From Patescibacteria group bacterium (lineage in GTDB: Bacteria; Patescibacteriota; Microgenomatia; UBA8517), in NCBI GenBank assembly GCA_038061225.1, contig JBBTZT010000002.1:12655-76654 (forward strand): DNA of 64,000 bases, given 5' to 3'. The notes under the pieces were generated by a model. The model did no database searches and was not told where the DNA came from. It was given only the letters and a program-made list of their open reading frames with translations. This document shows, piece by piece, positions 59,451-64,000 of this stretch (within the stretch, counting starts at the first letter, position 1; each line of letters starts with the position of its first letter). A program made the position numbers and the translations under genes.

Positions 59451-59644
59451 TTTGGAGTATTATTAAAGTTTTAATCTTAGTCTTTCTATTAATTTATATT
59501 ATTTTTGCTTTTGTGGTGGTTAAGCAAGTAAAATTAATGACAGTTACATTGGAAGTTGGTTTTGAAAATCAACTTAAATTATTATCAATCATACATCTTC
59601 TTTTTGCCATTGCAGTCTTAGTCTTTGCTATTATTGTTTTATAA
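59447..59644 (+). CDS. small two-TM membrane protein
   Basis: Hydrophobic 65-aa ORF coupled by ATGA overlap. Confidence 0.7.
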   Translation: MIWSIIKVLILVFLLIYIIFAFVVVKQVKLMTVTLEVGFENQLKLLSIIHLLFAIAVLVFAIIVL

Positions 59645-59660
59645 GCTATTTTTTCATAAA

Positions 59661-61013
59661 ATGTCCTTAAAGTTAATATCAAACGTAGGCCAACCAAAAT
59701 TGGAAGGTGTGGGATCAATTCGTTTCATTTTTAAAAAAATAATTGTTTCCACAGAACCTTTTTGTAAAGCTAGTGTTTTTCGAAATAACAAAACAGTGAC
59801 GCTTTGTGAAACTCAAGATAAAAAAACTTCAATTTCAGGAATTCCTCAAGCAGGAGATGTTTATACAATTGAAAAAGGTTTAGAAAAATTAGTTGTGACG
59901 GTTGAAGAAGAAAGAGAAAATAAACAAAAAGAAATATTTGTAAGAGATAATCCAATAGATGAATTAAGTTCACAAAGCAGAAAAACAACCCTTACTGTAG
60001 GAATAATTCTTTTAGTTCTATTAATTGTAAGTGTCACCTTTGGTATAAAACAAAAAAATAATAGAGATTTTGAGAAACAAAGTTTAATTAAATTAGATGA
60101 AGCTCTTTCAAATTATGAATCAGCTGTTGAAGGAGTAGTGGACAAAAACAGCGCAAGAGAATTATTTATTAGCTCAAAAAAAATAACAGATGAATTAAAA
60201 AAAGCTGGTTTTAAAAATGAAAAATTGGAAGAATTATTAAAAAACATAATAGAAAAAGAGGCAGAAATTGTAGGAGAAGTAAAAGCGGAAGTAAAAGAGT
60301 TTTTGGATTTAACTTTACAAACTTCAGGCTTTGACGGAAGCCAAATGGTTTCTTCGGGAGAAGACATTTTTGTATTTGATAGTGATAATAAAAATATTAT
60401 TAAGGTAGGAATTAAAAATAAAAGTGCAAAAATTGCGGCTAACAAAGATGAAACTGGTGATACAAAAAAAATAGCTTCATACGAAGATAAATTGTTTTTA
60501 GACAAACTTGACGGAGTATACGAAGTAGAAGAAAATTCACTGTTTTATATATATGCTGGGAATATTTACATAATTGATAAAAGTAATAATCAAATATTTA
60601 GACATTCAGGAAGTGGTAAATCTTTTGGCGAAAAAACTGAATGGTTAGCACCTAGTGTAGAAGTAGATTTTTCAAAAGTTAAAGACTTAACAATTGATGG
60701 ATCAATCTGGCTTCTTTCATCGTCTGGGAAAGTATCTAAATTTACCTTAGGGAACCCACAACAGGTGTCATTATCAGGAATAATTGAACCACTTACTGAT
60801 CCTACCGCGATTTATACAAATGAGAAATTAAAAAATGTCTATATTTTAGAAAAAGATAAAGGGAGAGTAGTGGCTATAGACAAAAATGGAGAGTTTAAAC
60901 TTCAGTATCTAAATGACGAAATTAAAAATGCAAAAGATATAGTAGTTTCAGAAGAAGAAGGCAAAATAATTTTACTTAATGGACCAAAGTTAATGTATTT
61001 AGAGTTGAAGTAA
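59661..61013 (+). CDS. membrane protein with C-terminal beta-propeller (NHL-like)
   Basis: Single TM, repeated xxYxxDxxxxxIx blades. Confidence 0.7.
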   Translation: MSLKLISNVGQPKLEGVGSIRFIFKKIIVSTEPFCKASVFRNNKTVTLCETQDKKTSISGIPQAGDVYTIEKGLEKLVVTVEEERENKQKEIFVRDNPIDELSSQSRKTTLTVGIILLVLLIVSVTFGIKQKNNRDFEKQSLIKLDEALSNYESAVEGVVDKNSARELFISSKKITDELKKAGFKNEKLEELLKNIIEKEAEIVGEVKAEVKEFLDLTLQTSGFDGSQMVSSGEDIFVFDSDNKNIIKVGIKNKSAKIAANKDETGDTKKIASYEDKLFLDKLDGVYEVEENSLFYIYAGNIYIIDKSNNQIFRHSGSGKSFGEKTEWLAPSVEVDFSKVKDLTIDGSIWLLSSSGKVSKFTLGNPQQVSLSGIIEPLTDPTAIYTNEKLKNVYILEKDKGRVVAIDKNGEFKLQYLNDEIKNAKDIVVSEEEGKIILLNGPKLMYLELK

Positions 61014-61262
61014 ACCAAAAGTTCGCTTTAAAAATTGCATAATTTGTTTATGTCCTGCACCGCTTTTTAAAAATATTTCTCTCGCTTTTGCATCAGTCTT
61101 GTTTATGAAATATTCATAATGAATCAATTTAAGAGGTCTTCTGTGTTTTGTTGAGCGTACTTTACCTGTAGTATGCTTTTCAAATCGTTGTTTAAGGTTG
61201 GTTGAATATCCAATATATAGTTTTTTGTCTTTTGCAAATAAAATGTAGGTATAATAACCCAT
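60999..61262 (-). CDS. GIY-YIG nuclease family protein
   Basis: YYTYIL...LYIGYSTNLKQRFEKH, AKAREIFLKSG. Confidence 0.9.
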   Translation of the reverse strand: MGYYTYILFAKDKKLYIGYSTNLKQRFEKHTTGKVRSTKHRRPLKLIHYEYFINKTDAKAREIFLKSGAGHKQIMQFLKRTFGLLQL

Positions 61263-61309
61263 ATTAAACTAGGGTGGCTCGTCAAACGAGCCTACCCCGT
61301 ATGACGGGG

Positions 61310-61678
61310 TGGAGATGGTGGGAATTGAACCCACATCCGAAAAACTTAAAAACAAAACTTCTACAAGCTTATCCAGTTTTTAAAATTTCCGTCAAACAAT
61401 GATAACTGACAAACAGTTTGACGTAAGATTTAATTGTCTTTTACAAATTCTCTCTAAATCAAAAGAAAATAAGTAGCATCTCGAATTGGTTTACACCTAG
61501 TCGGTTCGATCGAGAATCAAACCTCAAGACGCCTGTTAAGAATATGCTAAAGCATATTTGTAACTAGGAGCATAACTTTTTGAGTTTGCTTTTAGTTTTT
61601 GATATATTTTTTTCAAGTTCCTATCAAACTTGGCTTGCTGTTTTGTTAAAGAGCGTTCCGTCGAAACCGGTCATCCCC
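61310..61678 (-). ncRNA. ssrA: tmRNA
   Basis: 5' GGGGATG...TTCGAC, 3' GGTTCAATTCCCACCATCTCCA; tag ORF 61589-61536 ANSKSYAPSYKYALAYS*; directly after smpB. Confidence 0.93.
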
Positions 61679-61682
61679 AAAT

Positions 61683-62123
61683 TCAATTTACAATTTTCAA
61701 TTCTCTTTCAAGATCGCGCTGTATATCTTTTTTCTTAATACTTTCCTTCTTGTCAAATTTTCTTTTTGGCTTTCCCAAAACAAGTTCAATCTTGATTCGA
61801 GACTTAGAATTATACATCTTAGTAGCCACTAAATGCAACTTTTTTTGTTTCATCTTGGTAATTAACGAAAGTATTTCATTTTTATGTAAAAGTAACTTTC
61901 TTATTCTTGTTGGTTCGTAACCTTTTACATTCCCAGCGGGCATGTTTGCATTAATTAAATAAATTTCACCACCCAACACTCTGACATGGGCTGACGAGAG
62001 ATTTATCCGACCGTCTCTAAACGCCTTAGCTTCAATTCCCTTTAAAACCAAGCCAGCCTCGACTCTTTCAGGAGTTAATTCATATTCAAATCTCGCCTTT
62101 TTGTTAAAAACTTTCATAGTCAT
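61683..62123 (-). CDS. smpB: SsrA-binding protein
   Basis: NKKARFEY, EAGLVLKGIE.K, RKLLLHKNEI, FDKKE. Confidence 0.95.
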   Translation of the reverse strand: MTMKVFNKKARFEYELTPERVEAGLVLKGIEAKAFRDGRINLSSAHVRVLGGEIYLINANMPAGNVKGYEPTRIRKLLLHKNEILSLITKMKQKKLHLVATKMYNSKSRIKIELVLGKPKRKFDKKESIKKKDIQRDLERELKIVN

Positions 62124-62160
62124 TTTATGATTGACATCATTGGTATATAGTGAATTATAT

Positions 62161-62757
62161 ATGATTCTTGATTTTCTTTTTCCAAAATATTGTTTAGAGT
62201 GTGGGAAGGCAGAAAAATATATCTGTAATAAGTGTTATTGCAAGGTCTCACCTTGCAATATAGTAAACGGTAAAAATCTCTCAATCTTTAAGTACGAAGG
62301 GGTAATTAGAAAAGCAATAATTTCATTAAAGTATAAATTTGCATACGATTTAACAGATGAATTAGTTGATGCTTCTTTAAAACAGTTAAAGAAATTAAAA
62401 AGATCTAAAAATACAATTTTAATTCCAATTCCATTACACAAATATAGAAAAAATTGGAGAGGGTTCAACCAAACAGAAATAATAGGAGAGAAATTGGCAA
62501 AGGCTATGAATTGGAGATATGTTCCAGATTTATTGCTTCGCACAAAATCAACTGTTCCCCAAGTAGGGTTAAAGGGTGCTGTTCGTCGCAATAATTTATC
62601 AGGCGTTTTTAGTGTTTCTCCCAATATACTAGATACTACTTCCCACATACTACTCTTTGATGATGTTTACACCACAGGCTCAACAATTAATGAAGCAAAA
62701 AAAGTTTTAACAGAAGCTGGATTTATAAATATTAAAAGCCTAACTATTGCTAGGTAA
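62161..62757 (+). CDS. comF: ComF family protein
   Basis: LFP..CxxC...CxxC, IPIPLH..R..RGFNQ, DDVYTTGST. Confidence 0.9.
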   Translation: MILDFLFPKYCLECGKAEKYICNKCYCKVSPCNIVNGKNLSIFKYEGVIRKAIISLKYKFAYDLTDELVDASLKQLKKLKRSKNTILIPIPLHKYRKNWRGFNQTEIIGEKLAKAMNWRYVPDLLLRTKSTVPQVGLKGAVRRNNLSGVFSVSPNILDTTSHILLFDDVYTTGSTINEAKKVLTEAGFINIKSLTIAR

Positions 62758-62758
62758 C

Positions 62759-62843
62759 TGGCGGAAGATACAGGGGTCGAACCTGTTAGGGATTACTCCC
62801 ACGAGTTTTCAAGACTCGCGCATTACCGTCCTGCCCATCTTCC
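62759..62843 (-). tRNA. tRNA-Ser(TGA)
   Basis: GGAAGAT/ATCTTCC stem, CGAGT-CTTGAAA-ACTCG, variable arm, encoded CCA. Confidence 0.92.
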
Positions 62844-62863
62844 ATGATTCATTATAACATTTG

Positions 62864-62950
62864 CGGAAGAGGTGGGATTCGAACCCACGAGCCCCAATTA
62901 AGGGGCCGAGTTTAGCAAACTCGTGCACTGGGCCTCTATGCGACTCTTCC
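62864..62950 (-). tRNA. tRNA-Ser(GCT)
   Basis: GGAAGAG/CTCTTCC, CGAGT-TTGCTAA-ACTCG, variable arm GCCCC..GGGGC. Confidence 0.93.
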
Positions 62951-62990
62951 AATCCTGCAATTATATCAGATTTAGGGTATAATTTTGGTA

Positions 62991-63473
62991 ATGGAACCCG
63001 ATTTGGAAAAAGATTTATTAACTTGGGTGGCACCAGCAAGACCATTTAAGAGAAGAGACAAACAGTTTTATGTAACTACCATTTCAATTGCAGGAATGGT
63101 CTGTTTAATTCTTTTTTTAGCAGAAGGAGCAATGCCTGTAATTTTAATAATTTCTCTCATATTTCTTTATTATGTTATGAGCACTGTGACTCCTGAAGAA
63201 ATTGAATACAAAATTACAAATAAAGGTGTAAAAGTTGGAGGAAGAAGAACTGATTGGCAACATCTAGGCAGATTTTGGTTTAGTAAAAGGTACGATTCTG
63301 ACCTTTTGGTTTTTGAGACTAGAATGATTCCTAATAGAATGGAATTTGTAATTAAAGCAGAAATAAAGGAAGAAATAGAGAAAATTTTGAAAGAATATTT
63401 AGTTCATGAAGAGATTTCTCCATCAAATCTCGATAAAGCAGTTGACTGGTTTAGTAAAAAACTACCAAATTAA
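62991..63473 (+). CDS. conserved two-TM hypothetical protein
   Basis: W.AP.RPFK.R, two TMs, PH-like C-terminus. Confidence 0.75.
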   Translation: MEPDLEKDLLTWVAPARPFKRRDKQFYVTTISIAGMVCLILFLAEGAMPVILIISLIFLYYVMSTVTPEEIEYKITNKGVKVGGRRTDWQHLGRFWFSKRYDSDLLVFETRMIPNRMEFVIKAEIKEEIEKILKEYLVHEEISPSNLDKAVDWFSKKLPN

Positions 63474-63476
63474 CTA

Positions 63477-63548
63477 GTCCCCGTAGTCTAACGGATAGAA
63501 TGTCGGGTTGCGGACTCGAGGATGAAGGTTCAATTCCTTCCGGGGACA
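63477..63548 (+). tRNA. tRNA-Arg(GCG)
   Basis: GTCCCCG/CGGGGAC, TCGGG-TTGCGGA-CTCGA, A20 in the D-loop. Confidence 0.88.
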
Positions 63549-63574
63549 CACATATCAATTTTTAATTTAGATCT

Positions 63575-63656
63575 GGAGGATTGGTAGAACGGAAATACGC
63601 AGGTTTCGAAAACCTGTGAGCGTAAGCTCAAGTAGGTTCGACTCCTACATCCTCCG
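63575..63656 (+). tRNA. tRNA-Ser(CGA)
   Basis: GGAGGAT/ATCCTCC, CAGGT-TTCGAAA-ACCTG, variable arm GAGC-GTAA-GCTC. Confidence 0.92.
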
Positions 63657-63683
63657 CTTAAATTTTGTGGTATCATACTTGTG

Positions 63684-63724
63684 TTATAAGCAAAGCTTGA
63701 AAAAATTATAAGCAAAGCTTGAAA
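63684..63724. repeat. tandem pair of TTATAAGCAAAGCTTGAAA
   Basis: Identical 19-mers at 63684 and 63706. Confidence 0.85.
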
Positions 63725-63736
63725 TTATAAATAATT

Positions 63737-64000
63737 ATGAAAAATAATAATGGTGAAGTTTTAGTTGGTGGGGCAGTCATTTTTAAAGAAGGAAAATTAA
63801 AAAAATCATTTTTGCTTTCAAAAAACAATGAAGGTGATTGGGAAATATTAAAATCAGTGGTAAGAAGGGGTGAATCTTCAGTTAGATCAGTCATCAGATA
63901 TACATCAGAACAGGGAAATATGAACACTAGAGTATTAGATGAAGTTGGAAGAGCTACAAGTACAGGAACAGTAAGTAATAAAACAGTAACATATAAATAT
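63737..64000 (+). CDS. NUDIX-fold-like protein (partial, degenerate motif)
   Basis: GGAVIFK...WEILKSVVRRGESSVRSVIRYTSEQG; runs off the window. Confidence 0.55.
   Translation, partial: MKNNNGEVLVGGAVIFKEGKLKKSFLLSKNNEGDWEILKSVVRRGESSVRSVIRYTSEQGNMNTRVLDEVGRATSTGTVSNKTVTYKY

Noticed and set aside
61630-63715. ORFs 61630-61920, 62809-63045, 62861-63049, 63530-63715
   Set aside because: Shadows of smpB, tmRNA and tRNA genes
63684-63724. CRISPR array
   Set aside because: Only two 19-nt copies 3 nt apart; no spacers or cas genes

Overview
AT-rich chromosomal window from a reduced-genome bacterium. Gene content (DUF4012 protein, VirB2-like pilin array, PrgI/VirB4, compact aaRSs, almost no Shine-Dalgarno sites) points to Patescibacteria/CPR, probably Microgenomates (inference). 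The left half is housekeeping and envelope genes: metG, a glycosylation cluster, tRNA-Cys, groESL, a tsaC-tsaE fusion with tsaD, valS, rplY, and rpmH-rnpA-yidD-yidC-jag. These lead to dnaA-oriC-dnaN, where oriC has clear DnaA boxes and DnaA-trios. Right of dnaN is a ~24 kb minus-strand T4SS-like locus: 8 tandem pilins, VirB6-like, PrgI, VirB4 and two large exported proteins. It is interleaved with comM-yraN-dprA and toxin/antitoxin-type genes (MNT plus HEPN stump, orphan MazF, Fic, HicBA). The end holds a SpoIID protein, GIY-YIG, tmRNA, smpB, comF and four tRNAs (3 Ser, Arg-GCG). Patterns not explained by the gene list: (1) integrase-free micro-insertions bracketed by synonymously diverged copies of host gene ends (tsaD 3' end, virB6-like 5' end); (2) a dispersed mini-hairpin element (TAAGCRAAGCTTG) that occurs in-frame inside genes; (3) many degenerate 7-bp tandem tracts inside proteins; (4) a ~20-nt leader motif directly before three start codons, two copies of which form an inverted repeat around hicBA.
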